DNA of 64,000 nucleotides from Acidobacteriota bacterium (GTDB lineage Bacteria; Acidobacteriota; Blastocatellia; RBC074): NCBI GenBank assembly GCA_016789605.1, contig JAEUQO010000202.1, positions 421 to 64,420 of the forward strand, read 5' to 3'. Shown piece by piece: positions 30,901 to 39,130 of this stretch (position 1 is its first letter; each line of letters starts with the position of its first letter). The notes under the pieces were generated by a model. It saw only the letters and a program-made list of their open reading frames with translations, ran no database searches and was not told where the DNA came from. The position numbers and the translations under genes were made by a program.

Positions 30901-33900
30901 TTGTTGAGCTGCATAAACTGCCATTGACGGCGCACGGAAAGCTGAACTGGCAGGCGTTGCCCGTGCCGGAACCGACGCGCCCGGAACTGGAAACGAGGTA
31001 CGAACCTCCGCGCAGCGAAGCCGAAGCCACGCTGGCTGAAGTCTGGGCACAGGCTTTAGGACTGGAGTGCGTGGGAGTTCACGATAATTTTTTCGATCTG
31101 GGGGGCGATTCGATCCGCAGTTTGCGCGTCAAGGCGCTGGCTCAGGAGCGCGGGCTTGGGTTTACCCTGGCGCAACTTTTCGAGCATCCGACTGTTCAGG
31201 CGCTGGCGCAGGTTGCCACAAGTGACGCCGTTGCGCAGCTTCAGGCCGATGCACAGCCGGTGGCGGCTTTTGCGCTCATCAGTGCGGCAGAGCGGGCGGC
31301 TTTACCCGCTGAACTTGCCGATGCGTATCCGCTGACGCAATTGCAAATGGGACTGGTCTTTCACAGCGAACACAGCGCTGATTACGAAACGTATGTGACC
31401 AGCTTGCATTTGCGCGCGCCCTTTGACGCCACGGCTTTGCGCGACGCGGTGTCGCGCTTGCAAGCGCGACACGCGATTTTGCGCACCTCGTTTAACCTGA
31501 GCCATTTCAGCACGCCGCTTCAGTTGGTGCATAAAACTGCGCCGTTGCCGCTGGGCATTGAAGACTGGCGGCAGAGGTCGTTCGCCGAACAGCAAACGCA
31601 ACTGGCGGCGCTGATTGCTGCTGAACGCCGCCGTCGTTTTGATTGGGGGACGCCGCCGCTGTTTGCGTTGCGCGTATTGCGGCGCAGCGATGATTCCTTT
31701 CAGCTTATCCTGAGCGAGCCGCTGCTTGACGGTTGGAGCGTGGCTTCGCTGCTGACAGAGCTGTTCACAATCTATTTTGCCTTGTTGGAGCGGGGCGATT
31801 ACGCCGCCGCGCCGCTGCAAGCAACGTTTCGGGATTATGTCGCTGCTGAGCGCAGGGCGTTGCAATCAGGCGCTTCCGGCGCGTACTGGAACCGCTTGCT
31901 GGCGGGCGTTACCGCCAGCAAGTTGCCGCGTTGGCCCCAGGCGCAAATTGCAACCCGCGCTGCTGGCGACGCAAGCTCTGCTGCCAACGAAGTGCGGCGA
32001 TTGGACGTTCCGATTTCGCCGGCGCTGTCTGCCGCGTTGCGGCGCACTGCACGCGAAGCCGGTGCGCCGTTGAAGAGTTTATTGTTGGCGGCGCATCTCA
32101 AAGTCATAGGCTTTATCAACGGGCAGGATGATGTGGTGACCGGCGTGCTTTACAACGGTCGCCCCGAAATGCGCGACGGCGAACGGGTGTTGGGATTATT
32201 TCTGAATGCTTTGCCGTTTCGGTTGCCGCTGGGGACTGACAGTTGGGCCGAGTTGGCGCGCCGCGCTTTTCGTGTTGAACGCGAATCTATGCCCCACCGT
32301 TGGTATCCGCTCGCCGAAATTCAGCGGCGTTTAGGCGGCCAGCCGCTTTTCGACACGGCTTTCAACTTTACCCACTTTCACGTTTACCAACATCTGCACG
32401 GATTGGGCGGGATGGCGGTGCTCGACGGGTATGCGTCGGATCAGACATTTTTTGACCTGACGGCGCAGTTTAACGTAGATCACGCCTCGCCCCGGATTCG
32501 GCTGGCCCTAGATTACCGCGCGGCCAATTTGGGCGATGAGCAAATGCAGGCCATCGCCGGGTATTACCAAAATGCCCTGGTTGCGCTGACCACCGCACCC
32601 CAAACCAGTCACACTGCGCAAACGCTGCTCAGTGAAGCCGAACGCCTGCGCGCGGTTCACGACTGGAACCGCACCGCTGTTGTGCTGGCAGATGACCAGT
32701 TGCTGCCGGATTGGTTTGAAGCGCAAGCCGCGCAACGCCCCGAAGCCATGGCCTTGCGTTGCGGAGATCGGCAACTGACATACGGCGAATTGAACGAGCG
32801 TGCGAATCAGTTGGCGCATTATCTGCAAGCGGCAGGCGTTGGCGCGGAATCCGTCACCGGCATCTGCCTGGAACGTACGCCGGAAATGCTCGTGGGGTTA
32901 TTGGCCATTTTGAAAGCGGGCGGCGCGTATCTGCCGCTTGATCCCGAATATCCGGCAGAACGGCTGGCCTTTATGTTGCACGACGCGGCCCCTTCGGTGT
33001 TGCTCACCCAAAGTCACCTGGCCGCACGTATGTCCGGGCAAACCGTTCGGATCATCAGCCTTGACGAAGAACAATCCCTGATTGCGCGCAGCTCCCGGCA
33101 AAACCCTGCGCGCGGCCAATACGCCGAGAATCTGGCATATCTGATTTACACCTCTGGTTCGACCGGCAGGGCAAAAGGTGTGCGCGTGGCGCACCGCGCG
33201 TTGGCCAATTTTCTGACCGCTATGCGCGCGACGCTTGGCATATCGGCGCAAGACAAATTGCTGGCGGTCACCACGCTCTCTTTCGACATTGCGGCGCTAG
33301 AACTGTTTTTGCCGTTGACGGTCGGCGCTTGCGTGGAATTGGTCAGCCGCGAAACGGCGATGGATGGCGCTGCATTGCTGACGGTGCTCGCTGCTGCGGC
33401 TCCGACGTTGATGCAGGCGACGCCCGCGACGTGGCGTTTGTTGTTAGCCGCTGGTTGGCGCGGTGACTACAGGTTAAAGGTGTTGTGCGGAGGCGAAGCA
33501 TTGCCGCGCGATTTGGCCGCGCAACTGATTCCACGCGGCCAGGCATTGTGGAATCTGTACGGCCCGACCGAAACCACCATCTGGTCGGCGGCGGCGGTCA
33601 TTAAGAGCGGAGCAACGCCCATCACCATTGGTCAGCCCATTGCCAACACACAGCTTTATTTGCTGGATGCGCATCTGCAATTGGTTCCGCCCGGAGCCCC
33701 TGCCGAACTGTACATTGGCGGTGATGGGTTGGCCGACGGATATCACCAGCGTCCGGCACTGACGGCGGAAAAGTTCATTCCGGATCCGTTCGCTTCGCTG
33801 GCGTCGTCTTCAGCAGGACGCCGCTTATACAAAACAGGCGATCTGGCCTGTTATTGGCCAGACGGGCGCATTGAAGTGCTGGGGCGTTTGGATCAGCAAG

Positions 33901-34316
33901 TGAAAGTGCGCGGCCATCGCATCGAGCTCGGCGAGATCGAAGCTGTTTTGGGACAGCATCCGGCAATCCGTCAGGCTGCTGTCATCGCTCACGAAGCGTC
34001 TCCCGGCCATAAATATCTATTCGCATATGTCGTCTTGCACGACGGCCACGAACTGGCAGGCGACGAATTGCGCCAGTTTCTCGGGGCAAAGCTGCCGAGC
34101 TTTATGGTTCCTTCCGGCTTTGCGGCGTTGTCGGCCCTGCCTTTGACACCCAATGGAAAACTCGACCGGCGTCAATTGCCGCCGCCGTCGTTGGCGAAAC
34201 AGCGGAGCGCTGCTTCGCCGGAAGAGCTGCAGGCTTTGCTGAAACGGCTGGAAGCGCTTTCAGAGGCAGAGGCGCAAGCGTTGCTGGAACAGAAACGGAT
34301 GACTGCGACAACCTAA
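27948..34316 (+). CDS. NRPS: (ACP C-half)-C-A(Thr)-T-C(modAA-like)-A(Gly), no terminal T
   Basis: C motif HHIAADLWS; A code read by eye DFWNIGMVHK (Thr); T GGDSIRSL; second C has SEPLLDGWS and FNFTHFHVY; A code DILQLGLIWK (Gly); ends in an acidic docking-like helix. Confidence 0.92.
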   Translation: MAQLAAQLFSHLTDERRPVAAAPKTASGEKLPLSQGQRALYYLHQVSPESSAYNIANAVRIRSGVNVAALRRALQSLVERHSILRATFGENSGEPWQQIAESTEIQFTNVAIGNWAEEQLTAAMDAEANRPIDLSCGPLLRVTLFTRETEDHVLLLVVHHIAADLWSLGLWLREMGLLYAAENAGQAADLPSVTLAYQGFVSWQQQMLAGPEGARLEHYWAAQLRDGTPPLELWASRAQVDEAAARAGTQAFTLSAELTQRLKALGQQQNATLFVTLLAAFQTLLHRFTGQEEFLLGAPVMGRRRVEWAGMLGYLVNPVVLRADLTGNPRFVDLLARAEKTAREAFAHQDYPFALLAERMKLRGESASASLLQVMFVMQQAAAEGDATLAAFALGAAGAEMELGGLRLEAMATPATAAQFPLTLAVAEHQRGIVARWSYDRSLLDAEMVEALAAGFEVLLAAIAREPQTRISEFPLLSAQAQKRLLAEWCGPGVTLPGECLHDRFVAQAERAPDAIAVVSQENGVRAEISYGELNRRANQLAHHLRGMGVGPETRVGVLLERSADLPMALLAVLKAGAAYVPLDPAYPTERLAFMLSDAAVAALVTTQSLLGQTGATAPAIICLDAAQAVIAREPDCNPPSATTPENLAYVIYTSGSTGQPKGALITHANVARLLSAAQPHFQFQADDVWTLFHSAAFDFSVWEMWGALLYGGRLVIVPYLVSRTPEAFWALLQREGVTVLNQTPSAFRQLISAEAASGDVAPLSLRWVIFGGEALSFSDLQPWFRRRGDQRPQLVNMYGITETTVHVTHRPLTESDFRLGGSLIGRPLSAWQLYVLDEQLRPVPQGVAGELYVGGAGVARGYWARPELTAERFLPDPFSGQPGARLYRTGDRARYLSRGEFEYLGRTDQQLKIRGFRIEPGEIEAALQEHPAIREAVVRLKHDLRTEARLIAYVVRHPGAAMVPGELRAHLRAKLPVHMVPAAFVELHKLPLTAHGKLNWQALPVPEPTRPELETRYEPPRSEAEATLAEVWAQALGLECVGVHDNFFDLGGDSIRSLRVKALAQERGLGFTLAQLFEHPTVQALAQVATSDAVAQLQADAQPVAAFALISAAERAALPAELADAYPLTQLQMGLVFHSEHSADYETYVTSLHLRAPFDATALRDAVSRLQARHAILRTSFNLSHFSTPLQLVHKTAPLPLGIEDWRQRSFAEQQTQLAALIAAERRRRFDWGTPPLFALRVLRRSDDSFQLILSEPLLDGWSVASLLTELFTIYFALLERGDYAAAPLQATFRDYVAAERRALQSGASGAYWNRLLAGVTASKLPRWPQAQIATRAAGDASSAANEVRRLDVPISPALSAALRRTAREAGAPLKSLLLAAHLKVIGFINGQDDVVTGVLYNGRPEMRDGERVLGLFLNALPFRLPLGTDSWAELARRAFRVERESMPHRWYPLAEIQRRLGGQPLFDTAFNFTHFHVYQHLHGLGGMAVLDGYASDQTFFDLTAQFNVDHASPRIRLALDYRAANLGDEQMQAIAGYYQNALVALTTAPQTSHTAQTLLSEAERLRAVHDWNRTAVVLADDQLLPDWFEAQAAQRPEAMALRCGDRQLTYGELNERANQLAHYLQAAGVGAESVTGICLERTPEMLVGLLAILKAGGAYLPLDPEYPAERLAFMLHDAAPSVLLTQSHLAARMSGQTVRIISLDEEQSLIARSSRQNPARGQYAENLAYLIYTSGSTGRAKGVRVAHRALANFLTAMRATLGISAQDKLLAVTTLSFDIAALELFLPLTVGACVELVSRETAMDGAALLTVLAAAAPTLMQATPATWRLLLAAGWRGDYRLKVLCGGEALPRDLAAQLIPRGQALWNLYGPTETTIWSAAAVIKSGATPITIGQPIANTQLYLLDAHLQLVPPGAPAELYIGGDGLADGYHQRPALTAEKFIPDPFASLASSSAGRRLYKTGDLACYWPDGRIEVLGRLDQQVKVRGHRIELGEIEAVLGQHPAIRQAAVIAHEASPGHKYLFAYVVLHDGHELAGDELRQFLGAKLPSFMVPSGFAALSALPLTPNGKLDRRQLPPPSLAKQRSAASPEELQALLKRLEALSEAEAQALLEQKRMTATT

Positions 34317-34337
34317 CTTCTGAATGCAATGAGGCAA

Positions 34338-34790
34338 ATGGCAATGGATGATTTGAGACAACGAATGGCGGAGCTTTCGCCGGAAAAGCGCGCCCTGCTC
34401 GAACTGTTTTTGCAGGAACAGCAAGCCGACGGCGTGTGGCAGCAACGCGATTATTCCGCTCCACAAGGGGCGGTCGAAATTGCTCTGGCTGACATCTGGC
34501 GTCAGGCGTTGCGTGTTGAACGCGTCGGGCGACAAGACAATTTTTTCGAGATGGGGGGCGATTCGCTGCATTGCATTCAGATCGTCGCCAAGGCGCGCGA
34601 AACAGGTTTGCATCTGACGACAAACCAGCTCTTTGCACATCCGACGATTGCCGAACTGGCTCAGGTGATTGAATCGGCAGGCGAGCGCAATCGTGCGGTT
34701 ACGCCGTCTTTGCCGCAAACAGTTGCGCCCGGCGAATTTCCCGAAGCAGAGCTAAGCCCGGTCGAATTAGAGCGCCTGTTGGCGTCGTGA
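34338..34790 (+). CDS. Stand-alone peptidyl carrier protein (T) with docking helices at both ends
   Basis: NFFEMGGDSLHCIQ and LFAHPTIAELA; N-terminal LSPEKRALLELFL; C-terminal GEFPEAELSPVELERLL. Start could be 34329, 34338 or 34344. Confidence 0.88.
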   Translation: MAMDDLRQRMAELSPEKRALLELFLQEQQADGVWQQRDYSAPQGAVEIALADIWRQALRVERVGRQDNFFEMGGDSLHCIQIVAKARETGLHLTTNQLFAHPTIAELAQVIESAGERNRAVTPSLPQTVAPGEFPEAELSPVELERLLAS

Positions 34791-34797
34791 GGTTGCG

Positions 34798-37200
34798 ATG
34801 AAACGAGAAGAAATCGAAGACATTTACACGCTTTCGCCCACACAAGCAGGCATGTTGTTTCAGGCACTGGCGCAACCGGAAGGCGGCGTTTACTTCGAGC
34901 AAGGTGTGTGCACGTTGCGCGGCCCGCTCAATACCGCTGTTTTCAACGACGCGTGGCAACGTGTCGTGGCGCGGCACGCCGTTTTGCGCACCAGTTTTGC
35001 CTGGGCCGGGTTGAGCAAGCCGGTGCAGATCGTTCACCGCGCGGTGCAATTGCCGTTTGCGGAAATGGACTGGCGCACACGGACCGCTGCCGAGCAACAG
35101 CAGCGTGAACGGCTTTTTTTGCAAGACAACCGGCGGCGCGGTGTCTCGTTGAGCGAAGCGCCGTTAATGCGTTTGTCGTTGCTGCGTCTGGCGGACGACG
35201 TTCATCGTTGCGTGTGGGGCATTCATCACCTGATTCACGACGCCTGGTCAACCTTCCTGTTGCTGGGCGAAGTGCTGGCGATTTACGAAGCTTTGCTGAA
35301 CGGGCGCGAACCGCAGTTGCCGCCCGCGCCTGCTTTTCGTGATTACATCGCCTGGCAAAAGCGGCAGACGTTAGAGGATGCCGAAAGTTATTGGCGGCAA
35401 ACCTTGCGCGGTTTTACTGAACCGACACCGCTACCGCACGTTCAAACCGCGCCGTCGTCGGCTGCACCGTTCGGCCAGGAAGAAGCATTTTTGTCGGCAG
35501 AGGCGACGGCAGAACTAAATGCTTTCGCGCGACAACAGCAACTGACGCTGAACACCGTGTTGCTTGGCGCCTGGGCGCTGTATCTGGGGCGAATGAGCGG
35601 ACGGCGCGATATCGTTTTCGGCACGGTGCTGTCCGGGCGTCCGCCGGAATTGCCGGGCGTGGCCGAAATGATTGGGCCGTTGATCAATACATTGCCGACG
35701 CGCGTGCTCTTGCCAGAGCAGGCAACGCTTCTGGATTGGTTGCAAGAATTGCAACGCGCGCAGTTGCGGTTGCGCGATTTTGAGCATACGCCGTTGCGGT
35801 CGGTGCAAAGCTGGAGCGAAATAGCCAACGGCCAGCCGCTGTTTAACAGCATCGTCATTTTTCAAAATGCCTTTGGCGACTTGTCCGGCAAACAGGTTGC
35901 GGGGGTGTGCATCGAGCAGGTGCATTCGCTCGGCCATTCAAACTTTCCGCTTTCATTGCGAGTGACGCCGCGCGCGCGCTTGTGGCTGGAGGCGCTTTAT
36001 GACGCAAGCCGATTTTCCGCTGAATCTATCAACACGATTCTGACCGAATTCCAGTCTGTTTTGCTGAGCCTGGTGAAACAGCCCACGGCGCGGCTCGCCG
36101 AATTCCTGACTGTTGCCCGTCGCACGTTCAGCAAAAAACTCAATCAGGTGCAGCCGAAAGCTGTTGTGTTGGCGGCACAGGAACTGGTCGTTTGCGAACC
36201 GTTGCAATCCGGCGGTGCATTTCCATTGCTGGTTCGACCGCACGCGTTAGAGCTAGACCTAACGGATTGGGCGGCGGGCAATCGCGCCTGGATCGAAAGC
36301 GCGTTGCTGCGTCACGGGGCGCTGCTGTTCCGTGGGTTTCGCGTCAACGCGCTGCAATCGTTTGAGCGATTTATGCAAACGCTCTCGCCCGAATTGTTGG
36401 AATACCGGGAACGTTCAACGCCGCGCACGCAGTTGCAGGGCAAAGTCTATTCTTCGACCGAATACCCGCCGCATCAGGAAATCGCGTTTCACAATGAATT
36501 TTCGTATGCCTATACCTGGCCGATGAAAATCGCGTTTGGTTGCGTGCAAGCGTCTGCCACCGGGGGGGAAACGCCACTGGCTGACAGTCGCGCTGTGTAT
36601 GCGAAATTGTCTCCGGCCTTGCGCAAACGCTTTGAGCAGGAGGGCGTAATGTACGTGCGCAATTATGGCGCGGGCATTGATTTGAGCTGGGAAGAGGCTT
36701 TTCAGACAACCGACCGCGCCGTTGTCGAAGCATACTGTCGGCAAGCGCCCCTGGCATTTGAATGGCGCGCGGGTAACCGGTTGCGCACACGCCAGATTCG
36801 TCACGCCGTCACACAACATCCGCGCACGAGAGAAATGGTCTGGTTCAATCAAGCGCATCTGTTTCACCTGACCAACCTGGAACCCGCCGTGCGCCAGGCG
36901 ATGGCGGAAACGTTTTCGCCGGATGAGTTGCCGCGCAATGCGTATTATGGCAGCGGCGCGCCGATAGAAGACGACGTTCTGGAAGAGATTCGCACGGTTT
37001 ATCAAGCCGCTTCCATTCGCTTTCCGTGGCAGCCGGGAGACGTGTTGTTGCTGGACAATGTGCTGATTGCGCACGGACGCCGCTCTTTTACCGGCGCACG
37101 AAAAATCATCGTCGCCATGGCCGAACCATTCACCGTGCCGCAATTCGAGCCGGCAGTCGCGGCGACCAGCGCGTACGCAACAGGGGAGGCGCGGAACTAA
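34798..37200 (+). CDS. Condensation domain (DCL-like) fused to a TauD/SyrP-type Fe(II)/2OG dioxygenase
   Basis: IEDIYTLSPTQAGMLF, HHLIHDAWS, GPLINTLP; then HGALLFRGF, STEYPP..IAFHNEFSY (HxE), GGETPLAD and DNVLIAHGR. Confidence 0.9.
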   Translation: MKREEIEDIYTLSPTQAGMLFQALAQPEGGVYFEQGVCTLRGPLNTAVFNDAWQRVVARHAVLRTSFAWAGLSKPVQIVHRAVQLPFAEMDWRTRTAAEQQQRERLFLQDNRRRGVSLSEAPLMRLSLLRLADDVHRCVWGIHHLIHDAWSTFLLLGEVLAIYEALLNGREPQLPPAPAFRDYIAWQKRQTLEDAESYWRQTLRGFTEPTPLPHVQTAPSSAAPFGQEEAFLSAEATAELNAFARQQQLTLNTVLLGAWALYLGRMSGRRDIVFGTVLSGRPPELPGVAEMIGPLINTLPTRVLLPEQATLLDWLQELQRAQLRLRDFEHTPLRSVQSWSEIANGQPLFNSIVIFQNAFGDLSGKQVAGVCIEQVHSLGHSNFPLSLRVTPRARLWLEALYDASRFSAESINTILTEFQSVLLSLVKQPTARLAEFLTVARRTFSKKLNQVQPKAVVLAAQELVVCEPLQSGGAFPLLVRPHALELDLTDWAAGNRAWIESALLRHGALLFRGFRVNALQSFERFMQTLSPELLEYRERSTPRTQLQGKVYSSTEYPPHQEIAFHNEFSYAYTWPMKIAFGCVQASATGGETPLADSRAVYAKLSPALRKRFEQEGVMYVRNYGAGIDLSWEEAFQTTDRAVVEAYCRQAPLAFEWRAGNRLRTRQIRHAVTQHPRTREMVWFNQAHLFHLTNLEPAVRQAMAETFSPDELPRNAYYGSGAPIEDDVLEEIRTVYQAASIRFPWQPGDVLLLDNVLIAHGRRSFTGARKIIVAMAEPFTVPQFEPAVAATSAYATGEARN

Positions 37201-37202
37201 CG

Positions 37203-39107
37203 ATGTGCGGCATTGTAGCCATCTTTTCCCGTGAAGCGCCGATTGCCGCGGATGCGCTGCGCCGAGCCACTGAGCGGTTACATCATCGCGGGCCGGATCA
37301 GCGTGGACAGTGGACGGCGACCCACCAGCGCGTCGGATTGGGCCACACCCGGCTGAGCATCATTGACCTGGAGGCGGGCACGCAGCCGCTGGCCAATGAA
37401 GATGAATCGCTGCACGCGGTGGTCAACGGCGAATTTTACGATTACGAACGTGTGCAACACCGGTTGGAACAGCGCGGCCACCGTTTGCGCAGCCGCTCTG
37501 ACAGCGAAATCCTGTTGCACCTGTACGAAGAATTCGGCACGGATTGTTTGCGTCACCTGCGCGGAGAATTCGCCTTTGTCTTGTGGGACGAACGGCAACA
37601 AACACTGTTTGCCGCGCGCGATCGCTTTGGCATCAAGCCGCTCTTTTATGCGCGTCGCGGAGAGGCCTTATATCTGGCGTCGGAATTCAAAGCCCTGTTG
37701 GCTGCGGGTGTTTCGGCGCGCTGGGATGCAGAGTCGCTGCATCAGCAATTGTTCCTGTATCAAAATCAGGATCGCACCTTGTTTGACGGAGTGCTGCAAA
37801 TTCCGCCGGGCTGTTTTTTGCTGGCGACGCCGCGACATCAGCAGATCGTGCGTTACTGGGACCTGGATTACCCGGCACAGGAAGCGCAGACAGGCGGCTC
37901 TCTTTCGGATGACGCGCACCTCGAACGTTTACGCGAGGCGCTGGCCGACGCCGTTCGTGTGCGGTTGCGCGCAGATGTTCCCGTGGGATGTTTTCTCAGC
38001 GGAGGCCTGGATTCCTCAGCAGTGTTGGGCTTCGCCGCGCAATCGCAAACAGAACCGCCACACAGTTATACCGTGGCTTTTGATCAGGCTGATTACGATG
38101 AAACCGAGGTGGCGCGCGAAACCGCCGCGCATTGCAAGGCAAGGTTTCGCTGTGTTCCGGTCAGTCAGGACGATATTGCCGATCATCTGGCAGCGACCAT
38201 CGCGCAAGGCGAAACCATTGGCGTCAACTGGCACGCGGTGGCGCGTTACCTGCTTTGCCGCGCCATACACGACGATGGTTACAAGGTTGTTTTGAGCGGT
38301 GAAGGCGGCGACGAATTGTTTGCAGGATATTTGCAATTGCGGCAAGACCACTTGCTCAATGCGTCAGCGCCTTCTTACGCCGATGCTGATGCCCGCTGGC
38401 TAACGGGCGAACGCGCACACCAAACGCCGCACAGTCTGCCCGCGACGTTGGCCGTCGTGCAGCGCATGCTCGGATTTGTCCCGGCGTGGCTGAGCAAGCT
38501 CGCGGTGGGCCGTTCCATCTTTCACCTGCTCTTGCAGCGCGATTTTGCCGCCGCATTTGCCAATCACAATCCCTTTCAAACCTTCCTGAGCCAGTTTGAT
38601 CTGGCCGGTCAGCTGGCCGGACGCAATCCGCTGCGCCAGTCGCAGTATTTGTGGACGCGTTCGATTCTTCCCAATTACACGCTCTTTGCCGAGCGGTTGG
38701 AAATGGCGCACGCCGTCGAGGTTCGCGTTCCCTTGCTTGACCATCGCTTGTTTGAAGCCGTGCGCGCGTTGCCGACGACGTTGCTCATTCGCGGGGCGCG
38801 CGAAAAACACGCCTTGCGTGAAGCGGCGCGCCCCTGGCTGACCGGCACCGTTTACGAACGCGCCAAACATCCGTTTTTGGCTCCGCCAGTGACGCTGGCG
38901 AACGGCGGAAGATTGCACGCCCTGGTGCAAGACACGTTACGGGGGCAGGCGCTGGCAGACGTGCCGTTTTTCGAGCCAGCAGCGGTTGCCAGTTTGCTGG
39001 ACAAACTGCCCGCACTGGATGAAAGCCGCCGCATGGCGCTGGATGCCACGCTGCTTATGCTGCTCTGCGTTTGTTGTTTACAGCAACACTATCGCCTGTC
39101 GCTGTAA
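37203..39107 (+). CDS. asnB: Asparagine synthetase B-like glutamine amidotransferase
   Basis: MCGI Ntn cysteine, HRGPD, RLSIID, NGEFY, RDRFGIKPL, LSGGLDSS, LSGEGGDE and EVRVPLLD. Confidence 0.92.
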   Translation: MCGIVAIFSREAPIAADALRRATERLHHRGPDQRGQWTATHQRVGLGHTRLSIIDLEAGTQPLANEDESLHAVVNGEFYDYERVQHRLEQRGHRLRSRSDSEILLHLYEEFGTDCLRHLRGEFAFVLWDERQQTLFAARDRFGIKPLFYARRGEALYLASEFKALLAAGVSARWDAESLHQQLFLYQNQDRTLFDGVLQIPPGCFLLATPRHQQIVRYWDLDYPAQEAQTGGSLSDDAHLERLREALADAVRVRLRADVPVGCFLSGGLDSSAVLGFAAQSQTEPPHSYTVAFDQADYDETEVARETAAHCKARFRCVPVSQDDIADHLAATIAQGETIGVNWHAVARYLLCRAIHDDGYKVVLSGEGGDELFAGYLQLRQDHLLNASAPSYADADARWLTGERAHQTPHSLPATLAVVQRMLGFVPAWLSKLAVGRSIFHLLLQRDFAAAFANHNPFQTFLSQFDLAGQLAGRNPLRQSQYLWTRSILPNYTLFAERLEMAHAVEVRVPLLDHRLFEAVRALPTTLLIRGAREKHALREAARPWLTGTVYERAKHPFLAPPVTLANGGRLHALVQDTLRGQALADVPFFEPAAVASLLDKLPALDESRRMALDATLLMLLCVCCLQQHYRLSL

Positions 39108-39130
39108 TTGTCAGAAACGAGGAAAGAGGA

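Noticed and set aside
34798-37200. Isonitrile formation by a ScoE-like enzyme acting on a Gly Michael adduct
   Set aside because: The TauD domain has SyrP-like HNE motifs, is fused to C and is paired with an interface-type domain, which fits beta-hydroxylation better.
31300-39107. Nocardicin-type beta-lactam formation from Thr plus Gly
   Set aside because: The nocardicin C domain uses an extended His motif, whereas this one lacks histidines, and the AsnB keeps its glutaminase Cys. Not excluded, but unsupported.
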